From Oscillospiraceae bacterium (GTDB taxonomy: Bacteria; Bacillota; Clostridia; Oscillospirales; JAVBQB01): a DNA stretch of 64,000 nt. The stretch lies in contig JAVBQB010000002.1 in the NCBI GenBank assembly GCA_031549265.1, forward strand, positions 28,038 to 92,037, read 5' to 3'. Made by a program: the position numbers and the translations under genes. Below, one piece after another: positions 31,378 through 40,189 of the stretch (its first letter is position 1; each line of letters begins with the position of its first letter). The notes beneath the pieces are model-generated. The model saw nothing but the letters and a program-made list of their open reading frames with translations. It was not told the DNA's origin and did no database searches.

Positions 31378-31646
31378 ACGCTGCACTATCTCCACAAAAG
31401 GCAACGCACCGCAAATCCCGCGGTATCCGGCATCCGTTTGACGGCTGTCAGGCGCGTCGGACCCGTTGCCTGAATTCATAAATAGTAATATATGATAAAA
31501 TGGTCGCAATTTCAATAGATATTTCATTTTTTTCTTATAAATTCTAAATATTGATTGTTTTTTTATCAAAAATGAAAATTATTGGGAAGCATTAGAAATT
31601 TGCCTCAGCGTTTGTCATTAAAATATTTCTGTTTGTCATTTTTTAT

Positions 31647-31676
31647 TTGAATGTTAGCGTCCATCTGTGTTATAAT
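31647..31676 (+). promoter_or_regulatory. Sigma-A-type promoter (extended -10) of proBA
   Basis: TTGAAT (31647-31652), 18-nt spacer ending in TGT, TATAAT (31671-31676). The leader of about 75 nt is too short for a T-box. Confidence 0.6.
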
Positions 31677-31757
31677 GGTTGGCATTACCATTGCGTCCGG
31701 GCGGCTCTTTTATTGGCGCTTTATTTTTCCGCCGGGAATGCTTCGAAAGGAACTTTT

Positions 31758-32561
31758 ATGCGAGGCAAACCACGCAGACTTGTAGTAAAGGTCGGCACAT
31801 CAACGCTGACGCTGGAATCGGGCGCGCTGAACCTGCGGCGGCTCGACCTGCTGGCACGCGCGCTTTCCGACATCAAAAACATGGGCTGTGAAGTAATTCT
31901 TGTGTCCTCGGGCGCGATCGGCGTCGGCGTATCGGAGCTGCGTCTGCCGGAGAGACCCACCGAACTGCGGCTCAAGCAGGCGGCTGCCGCCGTCGGCCAG
32001 TGCGAGCTTATGCATATTTACGCGAAATTTTTCGGAGAATACGGGCACAGGGTGGGGCAGATACTGCTGACGTCCGAGGATGTCGCGCATCCTGCCCGGC
32101 GGGAAAACCTTCAGAATACGTTTGAGGCTCTGCTGGAGCTGGGCGCGATACCTGTTGTCAACGAAAATGACTCGGTCAGCTTTGACGAGATCGAATCGGG
32201 CACGCTGCGCGCTTTCGGCGATAACGACACGCTGTCGGCGGCGGTCGCCGTGCTGACCGGGGCCGACCTTCTGGTGCTGCTGTCCGATATCGACGGTCTG
32301 TTTGATCACGACCCGCACGAGGACACGGGCGCAGTCCTGATCCCGCTTGTGCGCGAGCTCACGCAGGAAATACTGGAGCTTGCCGGCAGGGCGGGCTCCA
32401 GCCGCGGCACCGGAGGAATGCGCAGCAAGCTCAGCGCGGCCAACCTTGTTATGGAAAACGGAATTGACATGATTATCGCCTCGGGTGAAGACCCGGGAAT
32501 ACTGTACGATGTCTATGACGGCAAAAAGACGGGGACATTATTTACGGTCAGGGAGGAATGA
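31758..32561 (+). CDS. proB: Glutamate 5-kinase (short form without PUA domain)
   Basis: Start MRGKPRRLVVKVGTSTLT at 31758. VILVSSGAIGVG. 267 aa. Confidence 0.92.
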   Translation: MRGKPRRLVVKVGTSTLTLESGALNLRRLDLLARALSDIKNMGCEVILVSSGAIGVGVSELRLPERPTELRLKQAAAAVGQCELMHIYAKFFGEYGHRVGQILLTSEDVAHPARRENLQNTFEALLELGAIPVVNENDSVSFDEIESGTLRAFGDNDTLSAAVAVLTGADLLVLLSDIDGLFDHDPHEDTGAVLIPLVRELTQEILELAGRAGSSRGTGGMRSKLSAANLVMENGIDMIIASGEDPGILYDVYDGKKTGTLFTVREE

Positions 32562-32564
32562 ACT

Positions 32565-33809
32565 TTGGTACTAGAAATGGGCAAACGCGCCAAGGAGGCG
32601 GCAGGCGTTCTCGCCGTGTGCGGCACCGCGCAAAAGAACAAGGCGCTCGCGGCGATTGCCGATGCGCTGACCGAGCGGACAGGCCTTATAGAAGAAGCCA
32701 ACAGCCGGGACATGAAATCCGCTGAGGAAGCCGGAACCTCTCCCGCGATGCTCGACCGGCTGCGTTTGGACGCCGCGCGAATCCGCTCCATCGCCGACGC
32801 GGTGCGCGAAGTGATAGCGCTGGACGACCCGATCGGCGAGACCGTCAGCATGTCGCGCCGCGAAAACGGGCTGATAATCGGACGCAGGCGCGTTCCTCTC
32901 GGCGTCATCGGCATTATTTACGAGGCGCGTCCCAACGTGACGGTAGACGCCGCCGTGCTCTGCCTGAAATCGGGCAACGCCGTCATCCTGCGCGGCGGCA
33001 AAGAGGCGATCAACTCAAACATCGCGCTCGCAGACATTATGCGCGACGCCGTGAAGTCTGCCGGACTGCCGGAGGACTGCATACAGCTTGTCAGCGATAT
33101 TGACAGGAAAACGGCGCAGGAAATGATGGGACTCACCCAATATATAGACGTACTTATACCCCGCGGCGGCGGCGGCCTGATTAAGACCGTCATGGAAAAC
33201 GCAAAAGTTCCGGTTATCCAGACCGGCGTCGGCAACTGCCACGTATTCGTCGACGAGTCCGCCGATACCGATATGGCGGTTTCAATAATCGTCAACGCCA
33301 AGTGCTCCCGCCCGTCGGTGTGCAACGCGGCGGAAACCTTGTTGGTGCATGCCGAAACGGCGCACAGCTTTCTGCCCCGCGCTTACACGGCGCTGCGCGA
33401 GAAAAATGTCGAGCTGCGCGGCTGCCCGGTAACGCGCGCCATACTCGGGGATAAAATAATTCCGGCCACCGACGAGGACTGGGACACCGAGTTTCTTGAC
33501 TACATACTGGCTGTGCGCGTGGTCGAGGACTTTGACCAGGCCGTCGCACACATTGCTGCGCACGGTTCGGGGCACTCCGAAGCCATCGTAACCTCGGATT
33601 ACAGCGCGGCGCAGGCGTTTCTCGACCGCGTCGACGCCGCCGCGGTTTACGTCAACGCCTCTACGCGGTTTACCGACGGAGGCCAGTTCGGCACCGGAGC
33701 CGAAATCGGCATATCCACTCAAAAGATGCACGCGCGCGGCCCGATGGGTCTTAAAGAACTGACAAGCACCAAGTTCGTAATTTACGGCGACGGTCAGAGC
33801 AGAGTCTGA
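32565..33809 (+). CDS. proA: Glutamate-5-semialdehyde dehydrogenase
   Basis: 414 aa, TTG start 7 nt after GGAGG. Aldehyde dehydrogenase core with a catalytic Cys region (SRPSVCNAAETLLVH). Confidence 0.94.
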   Translation: MVLEMGKRAKEAAGVLAVCGTAQKNKALAAIADALTERTGLIEEANSRDMKSAEEAGTSPAMLDRLRLDAARIRSIADAVREVIALDDPIGETVSMSRRENGLIIGRRRVPLGVIGIIYEARPNVTVDAAVLCLKSGNAVILRGGKEAINSNIALADIMRDAVKSAGLPEDCIQLVSDIDRKTAQEMMGLTQYIDVLIPRGGGGLIKTVMENAKVPVIQTGVGNCHVFVDESADTDMAVSIIVNAKCSRPSVCNAAETLLVHAETAHSFLPRAYTALREKNVELRGCPVTRAILGDKIIPATDEDWDTEFLDYILAVRVVEDFDQAVAHIAAHGSGHSEAIVTSDYSAAQAFLDRVDAAAVYVNASTRFTDGGQFGTGAEIGISTQKMHARGPMGLKELTSTKFVIYGDGQSRV

Positions 33810-33820
33810 GGTTCTAAATT

Positions 33821-35380
33821 ATGCAGTTTTCTGAAAAGCTCAGCGCACTAATGAACATCTACCGCATCAGCAACATTGTTCTGGCGCGCGGAATCGGCAT
33901 CGACCCGTCGCTCGTGTCGCGCTGGAAGACGGGCAACCGCCTGCCTGTCCGCGGATCGGGCACTGAATCAACGATCGGCTACTTCCTGTCCGGCCGCAAC
34001 CTGCTCGACCAGGACAAGCGCGCGCTGTGGGAAGTGCTGGGCCGCGAATACTTCGATCCGTCACAGGTGGCGGAGGCCATAACAAAATGGCTGAGCGGCA
34101 ACACGACGCTCGACCAGTCGGCCGATGAGGAGTCGATCGGCGAGCTGGGCGAAACGCTCGCGACGCTGACCCGGTTGCTCACCACGCCCGGCATTCCGGT
34201 CACATCGTCCGCAGCGCCCGATCTCAAGCCGTTTCTCCAACCCGGCAGTCCGCAGGTTTTCGAATCCTTCAACGGACGGCACGGCAAACGCCAGGCGGCG
34301 ACTAATTTCCTCAGCGCGGCGATATCAGCGGGCAAACCGTCTGACATTTATATAATGAACCAGGATGACAACCTGTGGATCACCGAAGACCCGGCCTTTG
34401 CGAAGCGCTGGATCTCCACGCTGTGCGCCCTGGCTTATTCGGGTACCCGGATACATATGATCTACACCATGACCGGCGTTGACTCGGAGTTCCGCCAGCT
34501 GCTCGAGGAGTATCTGCCGCTGTTTTCCTCCGGCAGATTTACGCTTTTCCACATCCCGCGCGACAGGGTGGAGCTGACCTTCCCGTCAATTTTCGTCGCC
34601 AAGGGCGCGGTGGCCATGTGCTCGCACTGCACCGGCGGGGTGAGCAACACGCCTTACACCGCGCTGTATAAGGGCCGCACCGAGGTCGAACTGTACGAAA
34701 AGATTTTCAACACCTACCTTGAGCATACCCGCCCGCTCATCACCGTCGCGCCCGGGCTGGACACGCGCTCGTTCATGCGACAGATCATACGGCTGGAGGA
34801 TCTGCCCGGCTCGTTTGTCTCGATGAAAAACAACCTGAACCCGCTGTGGATGCCCGAGTCCGAGCTGTTTCAGCTGCTGTCCGACAATATGCCGCTGGAG
34901 GAGGTCGACTCCTGCCTTGACCTCTTCGCGAGGCGGCGCGAAAACTTCGAAACCTGTGTGCAAAACTACCGCTGGGTGGAAATCATGCCGATGCACATCT
35001 TCGACGCAATGTGCCAGAACGGCTCCTGCTTCCTGCCGGGATACGAGCTGTTTTCGGTCGATAATGTTCATCTTGACTCGCGGGTGCTGGCAGCATACCT
35101 CGAAAACCTGCTGAATATTATGGAAACACACCCGAATTTCTGCATTTACCTTGCGAACGACCTGCCCGACGATCTGGATATCATGCTCAAAGAGGACTAC
35201 ATGGCCTGTTTCTCGGCGTGCACCACGACCCGCGCTTCCATTATGACCGCCGAAACCGGATTCCTGAAAACAATCGGCACCTGGATGCTCACTCTGCCCG
35301 CGCGCCTCGGCGGCGTAACCGCCCGTCAGGCTATACAAAGAGTAATAACTGAGACGCTTAATTTCGTCCGAGACTATTGA
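33821..35380 (+). CDS. Uncharacterised 519-aa protein with an N-terminal XRE-type helix-turn-helix
   Basis: N-terminus EKLSALMNIYRISNIVLARGIGIDPSLVSRWKTGNRLP resembles an HTH_3/XRE motif. I could assign no motif to the remaining roughly 440 aa. It starts 11 nt after the proA stop and ends 30 nt before glmU. Confidence 0.7.
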   Translation: MQFSEKLSALMNIYRISNIVLARGIGIDPSLVSRWKTGNRLPVRGSGTESTIGYFLSGRNLLDQDKRALWEVLGREYFDPSQVAEAITKWLSGNTTLDQSADEESIGELGETLATLTRLLTTPGIPVTSSAAPDLKPFLQPGSPQVFESFNGRHGKRQAATNFLSAAISAGKPSDIYIMNQDDNLWITEDPAFAKRWISTLCALAYSGTRIHMIYTMTGVDSEFRQLLEEYLPLFSSGRFTLFHIPRDRVELTFPSIFVAKGAVAMCSHCTGGVSNTPYTALYKGRTEVELYEKIFNTYLEHTRPLITVAPGLDTRSFMRQIIRLEDLPGSFVSMKNNLNPLWMPESELFQLLSDNMPLEEVDSCLDLFARRRENFETCVQNYRWVEIMPMHIFDAMCQNGSCFLPGYELFSVDNVHLDSRVLAAYLENLLNIMETHPNFCIYLANDLPDDLDIMLKEDYMACFSACTTTRASIMTAETGFLKTIGTWMLTLPARLGGVTARQAIQRVITETLNFVRDY

Positions 35381-35410
35381 TCGCCTATATATTTCAATCA
35401 GAGGTATAAT

Positions 35411-36616
35411 ATGGATAAAACTAACTTCCGCGCCGTCATATTTGGCGGACAGCAGCAACGCACTGTTTTGCTGGGTCAATGCCTGTTCCGCCCGCTCATC
35501 AGCTGGATCGGGGACACGCTTATTACGGGCGGTATTACCGATGTCTGCGTTGTCTGCGAAAGCGAGCAGGAACCGCGGTATAAATCGGCTCTGCCCGCCT
35601 GCATGAATCTGACTTTTGCCGGCCCTGACGACACTGCCGCGCTCGACGGCTTCATATCTGCCGATCCATGCTCCGTTTTGGTCTATACCGATCCGGTACT
35701 AACGACCGGCGAGGTGCTGACCATGCTCCGCAACCGCTGCGCCGCAAAGGACGCGTCTGTTACACTGCTGGGTGACGACGACGAGCCCTCCGGCCTTTTC
35801 TGCTTGCCGTCGGGTCGGATCGACGCTTCCAAGCTTTTTGACCACGAGTATTATTCCGGCGTTAAGGAAACACTCCGTGACACCGACAGCCGCGTCACCA
35901 GCGTGCTTCATTCGGAGGAGCTGTACTTCGTGCAGCAGGTGATGATCGAGGCAATCATATACAAGCACATCGCGAACGGCGTCAATATTATGCGCCCCGA
36001 GTCCACCGTTATCTCGCACGAGGCGGTAATCGGCGAGGGAACGCAGATTTTGCCGGGCTCAATCATCATGGGCAATACTGTCATCGGAATTGACTGCGTT
36101 ATCGGCCCGAATTCGCAGATTAAGAACTCCGTTATCGGCGATAACAGCACTGTTTCCAGCTCGCATATAACCGACAGCACGGTCGGATCGGGCGCCGCAA
36201 TCGGGCCGTTCGCCTATATCCGACCCGACTGCAAGCTGGGCGAAAACGTCAAGGTCGGCGATTTCGTCGAGCTCAAGAACGCGTCAATCGGAAACGGAAC
36301 CAAGGTTCCGCACCTGTCTTATGTGGGTGACGCCGAGATTGGCTCGGGCGTCAATATCGGCTGCGGCACAATAACCGTCAACTACGACGGCTTCAAGAAG
36401 CATATGACCAAGGTCGGCGACAACGCCTTTGTCGGCTGCAATTCCAACCTGGTTTCTCCGGTCACGGTGGGCGAGGGCGCCTATATCGCGGCGGGCTCTA
36501 CAGTCACGCACGATGTCCCGTCCGGCGCGCTGGCAATCGCCCGGGCGCGTCAGACCGTCAAGGAGCAGTGGGCCGATAAACGCCGCCGCGAAAAGAGCGA
36601 GACAGACAAAAAGTAA
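35411..36616 (+). CDS. glmU: GlmU-like protein with a conserved LbH acetyltransferase domain and a degenerate, shortened N-terminal nucleotidyltransferase domain
   Basis: The C-terminal half closely follows GlmU (PHLSYVGDAEIGSGVNIGCGTITVNYDG...VSPVTVGEGAYIAAGSTVTHDVPSGALAIARARQ). The N-terminus reads AVIFGGQQQRTVLLG where GlmU has LAAGxGTRM(x4)PK. It is 401 aa, against about 455 as I recall for GlmU. Confidence 0.78.
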   Translation: MDKTNFRAVIFGGQQQRTVLLGQCLFRPLISWIGDTLITGGITDVCVVCESEQEPRYKSALPACMNLTFAGPDDTAALDGFISADPCSVLVYTDPVLTTGEVLTMLRNRCAAKDASVTLLGDDDEPSGLFCLPSGRIDASKLFDHEYYSGVKETLRDTDSRVTSVLHSEELYFVQQVMIEAIIYKHIANGVNIMRPESTVISHEAVIGEGTQILPGSIIMGNTVIGIDCVIGPNSQIKNSVIGDNSTVSSSHITDSTVGSGAAIGPFAYIRPDCKLGENVKVGDFVELKNASIGNGTKVPHLSYVGDAEIGSGVNIGCGTITVNYDGFKKHMTKVGDNAFVGCNSNLVSPVTVGEGAYIAAGSTVTHDVPSGALAIARARQTVKEQWADKRRREKSETDKK

Positions 36617-36710
36617 TCGCCCGGACAGAGGCGCGTCCATTTTGTATCCAACTCCGGAACAGGCGCGTTTCGTTGCGGCTGATTTCGAGAACAGGGGATT
36701 GTTTCAGCAA

Positions 36711-37343
36711 ATGTTTTTTAGAAAAAAGGAATCTCCGGGGGCGGCGGACTGGCTGATTGCCGGTCTAGGCAATCCCGGCGCTAAATACGAGCGCACCCGG
36801 CACAACGTCGGTTTTCTGGCGCTGGATATGCTGGCGTCCAAGCTCGGCACACGTGTCGACCGGCTCAAGTTTAAGTCGCTCTATGGCAAAGCCGAATCTG
36901 CCGGAAGCTCGATCCTTCTGCTCAAGCCGCAGACTTTTATGAACCTTTCCGGTGACGCGATAGACGAAGCCGCGGCGTATTTTCGCATTCCCAGTGAGCG
37001 CATTGTTGTCATTTACGATGACGTTGCGCTTCCCGCCGGACGGCTGCGCATCCGCGCCCGGGGCAGCGACGGCGGGCACAACGGCATCAAGAGCATAATA
37101 CTGAGGATGAATACCGATGTGTTCCCGCGCGTCAAAATCGGCGTGAGTCCGCCTCCTCATCCCGACTACGCAATGGCCGACTGGGTGCTGTCCACTTTTT
37201 CCGCGAGCGAAATCAAGCGCGTCGCTCCGATGATTGAACGCGCGGTCGACGCCGCGCTGGATATTGTGGCGCACGGCGTGGACTATGCCGCGAACCGGCA
37301 CAATTCGGCTAACGCCGAAGAGGACTCCCCGGCGGATAAGTAA
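36711..37343 (+). CDS. pth: Peptidyl-tRNA hydrolase
   Basis: Start MFFRKKESPGAADWLIAGLGNPGAKYERTRHNVGF at 36711. The track ORF start at 36429 overlaps glmU. Confidence 0.93.
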   Translation: MFFRKKESPGAADWLIAGLGNPGAKYERTRHNVGFLALDMLASKLGTRVDRLKFKSLYGKAESAGSSILLLKPQTFMNLSGDAIDEAAAYFRIPSERIVVIYDDVALPAGRLRIRARGSDGGHNGIKSIILRMNTDVFPRVKIGVSPPPHPDYAMADWVLSTFSASEIKRVAPMIERAVDAALDIVAHGVDYAANRHNSANAEEDSPADK

Positions 37344-37361
37344 ATAGTTGATATAACGAGC

Positions 37362-37390
37362 GGGCTGCACTTGACTGAATGGTGCAGCCC
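37362..37390. terminator. Stem-loop between convergent pth and ymaF-like genes
   Basis: 9-bp stem GGGCTGCAC / GTGCAGCCC with an 11-nt loop. There is no clear U-tract on either strand. Confidence 0.45.
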
Positions 37391-37400
37391 CTCATTATGC

Positions 37401-37799
37401 TCAAAAACTACCCTGCGGATTCTCGATTTGTGTGGCGAAGATGTATTTGTGGTCGTGCCCGTCGACAAAGCTGGTCACGCCCCTCACCTCGTGGACATGG
37501 CGTCCGCCGCCGACAGGGACAGCGGGGCCGGTCGTGTTGCGGATGATGTGAAAATGGTTTTCAAAAAAGTCGGTGTTGGACTCCAGTCTGTGAACGTGTG
37601 TGCCGCCGCACGGTATTGACTGGCTCGTGACTCCGGCGACGCTGTGACTGTGCGGGGTTTCGATTCCGTCGACATCGGTAACGCCGGTATACAGATGTAC
37701 ATGTCTCAGCGCACCATTATCGGGGTTAGGAATATTCCAATCCGGGTCAAAACATTGATTTCTGCCCAAGTTATCAACCTCCTGAACATTATGACGCAA
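37401..37799 (-). CDS. YmaF-family histidine-rich protein (function unknown)
   Basis: About six HxH motifs (RHVHLYTGVT, PHSHSVAGVT, THVHRLESNT, NHFHIIRNTTG, RHVHEVRGVT, GHDHKYIFAT), as in B. subtilis YmaF. The track start is TTG 37799. TTG 37769 is preceded by AGGAGG at 8-nt spacing and is the more likely start. Confidence 0.7.
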   Translation of the reverse strand: MRHNVQEVDNLGRNQCFDPDWNIPNPDNGALRHVHLYTGVTDVDGIETPHSHSVAGVTSQSIPCGGTHVHRLESNTDFFENHFHIIRNTTGPAVPVGGGRHVHEVRGVTSFVDGHDHKYIFATQIENPQGSF

Positions 37800-37909
37800 T
37801 CCATTTTATGCTGAAAAATTTTTTTAGTCACAGTCCAGCCTAACTTATCCAGGTTATAGCGCGCTCGCGCCTGGCTCGTATCAGGACTTTATCCAAGAAA
37901 TTTGGGCAA

Positions 37910-37948
37910 TAAAAAAGCAAATGCCGGCGATTTCCACCAACATTTGCC
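37910..37948 (-). terminator. Rho-independent terminator after nifU
   Basis: Minus strand: GCAAATG / CATTTGC stem, 17-nt loop, then TTTTTTATT. Confidence 0.7.
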
Positions 37949-37964
37949 TTATATTATGTTCTTT

Positions 37965-38387
37965 TTAATGACCGCAGTGCTCGCAGTCGACGTTACACCC
38001 GACTATCGGCAGCGGGTCGATGCCCTGACGGCGGTAGTAATCGGAGATAGCCGATTTGATCGCCTCCTCAGCCAATACACTGCAGTGCATTTTAACCGGG
38101 GGAAGGCCGTCCAGTGCCTCGGCTACCGCTTTATTGGTCAGTGTCAGCGCTTCCTCGATGGTTTTGCCCTTGACCAGCTCGGTCGCCATCGACGATGTCG
38201 CGATCGCGGCGCCGCAGCCGAATGTCTTAAATGAAATGTCCTTAATTACGTCGTTCTCGATCACCATAAAGACCTTCATGATATCGCCGCACTTGGGATT
38301 ACCAACCTGCCCGACGGCGTTCGCGCTATCCAGCTCGCCGACGTTGCGCGGGTTGGAAAAATGATCCATTACTTTATCACTGTACAT
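37965..38387 (-). CDS. nifU: NifU/IscU-type Fe-S cluster assembly scaffold
   Basis: Start MYSDKVMDHFSNPRNVG at 38387 after GGAGG. The three scaffold Cys lie in GNPKCGD, FGCGAAIA and KMHCS. Extra C-terminal CNVDCEHCGH tail. Confidence 0.88.
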   Translation of the reverse strand: MYSDKVMDHFSNPRNVGELDSANAVGQVGNPKCGDIMKVFMVIENDVIKDISFKTFGCGAAIATSSMATELVKGKTIEEALTLTNKAVAEALDGLPPVKMHCSVLAEEAIKSAISDYYRRQGIDPLPIVGCNVDCEHCGH

Positions 38388-38450
38388 ATTATCCTCCAAA
38401 ATCTATAAACGAATTAAACACGGTTATAATTTATTATATGAGAAGCCCGG

Positions 38451-39632
38451 TCATCCTTCCCAAAGCGGGGACATCTTACGCAGTCTGTCCACAACCTGCG
38501 GCAGTTTTTCAACAATGTAGTCTGCGTCCTCCATGGTGTTGTCCTCGTTCAGGCTGAGCCGCAGGGAGCCGTGGGCAATTTCATGCGGCAGCCCGATGGA
38601 GAGCAGCACGTGTGACGGATCCAGCGAACCGGAGGAACAGGCCGAGCCCGACGACGCGCATATTCCGGCGTTGGCGAGAGTCAGCACCAGCGCCTCGCCC
38701 TCAATGCACTCTATGACAAACGACGCTGTTCCCGGCAGCCTCTCGGTCGGGTGGCCGGTCAGGCTGACTCGCGGCAGCTTCAGCGCGTTTTCGATGATTT
38801 TATCCCGCATTGCAGCGAGGTTTTTCATGTTGGCGCCGAGGTTTTCGACGGCTTCCTCAAGCGCCGCCGCCATGCCTACGATGCCGGGTACATTCTCGGT
38901 ACCCGAGCGCCTGCCGTCTTCGTGACCGCCGCCGTGCATGAGCGGGGGCAGCATTATCCCGTGCTTGACGTAGAGCGCGCCCGCTCCCTTGGGCCCGCGG
39001 AACTTGTGCGATGCCAGTGAGAGCATGTCGACGTTCATACTCTTGACGTCAACCTCTATGTGGCCGACAGCCTGCACAGCGTCGGTGTGGAACAGGATTT
39101 TGTTTTCCCTGGCAATAGCGCCGATTTCCCGGATGGGCAAAATAGTGCCTATCTCGTTATTCGCCGCGATTATGGTGATGAGCACCGTGTCCGGACGAAT
39201 CGCCGCCTTGAGGTCGTCCAGCGATATCATGCCGTACTTGTCCACCGGCAGGAAAGTGACGTCGTAGCCGTGTTTAGCCAGATACTGCAAAGTGTGCATA
39301 ACCGCGTGATGCTCCACCGACGAGGTGATGATGTGCTTGCCCTTGGAGGCGCGCAGTTCAAGCGCACCCTTGATCGCCCAGTTGTCGGACTCTGTGCCGC
39401 CTGCGGTAAAGAAAATTTCCTTGTGCTTATCCCCGGGCTTATATGGCGCGGCACCAATCGCCGCGGCAATCTTTCCGCGCGCAACCTCAACCGCCCGTCT
39501 CGCGTCGTAAGCAAACTTATACGTGCTGGACGGATTGCCGTAAAACTCGGTGAAGTAAGGCATCATGGCGTCAAGCGCTTTTTGGGAGACCTTAGTCGTT
39601 GCGGCGTTGTCCGCGTAAACAAATCTATCCAT
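38451..39632 (-). CDS. nifS: Cysteine desulfurase (NifS type)
   Basis: 393 aa. YADNAATT, PLP-Lys region SLASHKFRGPKG, and active-site loop SSGSACSSG. Confidence 0.92.
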   Translation of the reverse strand: MDRFVYADNAATTKVSQKALDAMMPYFTEFYGNPSSTYKFAYDARRAVEVARGKIAAAIGAAPYKPGDKHKEIFFTAGGTESDNWAIKGALELRASKGKHIITSSVEHHAVMHTLQYLAKHGYDVTFLPVDKYGMISLDDLKAAIRPDTVLITIIAANNEIGTILPIREIGAIARENKILFHTDAVQAVGHIEVDVKSMNVDMLSLASHKFRGPKGAGALYVKHGIMLPPLMHGGGHEDGRRSGTENVPGIVGMAAALEEAVENLGANMKNLAAMRDKIIENALKLPRVSLTGHPTERLPGTASFVIECIEGEALVLTLANAGICASSGSACSSGSLDPSHVLLSIGLPHEIAHGSLRLSLNEDNTMEDADYIVEKLPQVVDRLRKMSPLWEG

Positions 39633-39682
39633 AAGAACCTTCTTTCAACGTATAACCTTAAAACTAGTTAGATTCCATACTG

Positions 39683-39711
39683 ATTATATATGACATTAGC
39701 TAATATTTCAA
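39683..39711 (-). promoter_or_regulatory. Sigma-A-type promoter of nifS-nifU
   Basis: Minus strand: TTGAAA (39711-39706), 17-nt spacer, TATAAT (39688-39683). Confidence 0.6.
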
Positions 39712-39742
39712 GTAATAAGTGCAAGCTTCAAAAAAAAATTTA

Positions 39743-40189
39743 TCATACGTCACCCCGGTTTTTGATGGCTCCCGTGGCCAGCTCGTCGCACCGGTTATTG
39801 AGCTCATTGTCGGCGTGACCCTTAACCCAGTTGAAGGTCACGTTATGGGTTTTGCACAGCGAGAGCAGCCTGTCCCACAAATCGGGATTGAGCGCGGGCT
39901 CGTTTCCGCTGCGTTTCCAGCCGCGCGATTTCCAGGATTCCGCCCAGCCGCGCGACATGGCGTTGACCACATATTGCGAGTCGCTGTAAAGCTCCACGTC
40001 GCAGGGCTCGCGCAGACACTCCAGCGCCGCTATGCAGGCGAATATCTCCATGCGGTTGTTGGTTGTGTCGGGTTCGAAGCCCGAGAGTTCTTTCCTGTGG
40101 GCTCCAAACAGCAGCACCGCTCCGTATCCGCCCGGGCCGGGATTGCCGGAGCAGGCGCCGTCAGTGTATATCTTTACTTTTTTCCTCAT
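39743..40189 (-). CDS. rnhA: Ribonuclease HI (type 1 RNase H)
   Basis: 148 aa. [31 protein letters not shown] and [15 protein letters not shown], so the DEDD residues are present. Its ATG shares one base with the gyrA TAA stop. Confidence 0.92.
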   Translation of the reverse strand: MRKKVKIYTDGACSGNPGPGGYGAVLLFGAHRKELSGFEPDTTNNRMEIFACIAALECLREPCDVELYSDSQYVVNAMSRGWAESWKSRGWKRSGNEPALNPDLWDRLLSLCKTHNVTFNWVKGHADNELNNRCDELATGAIKNRGDV

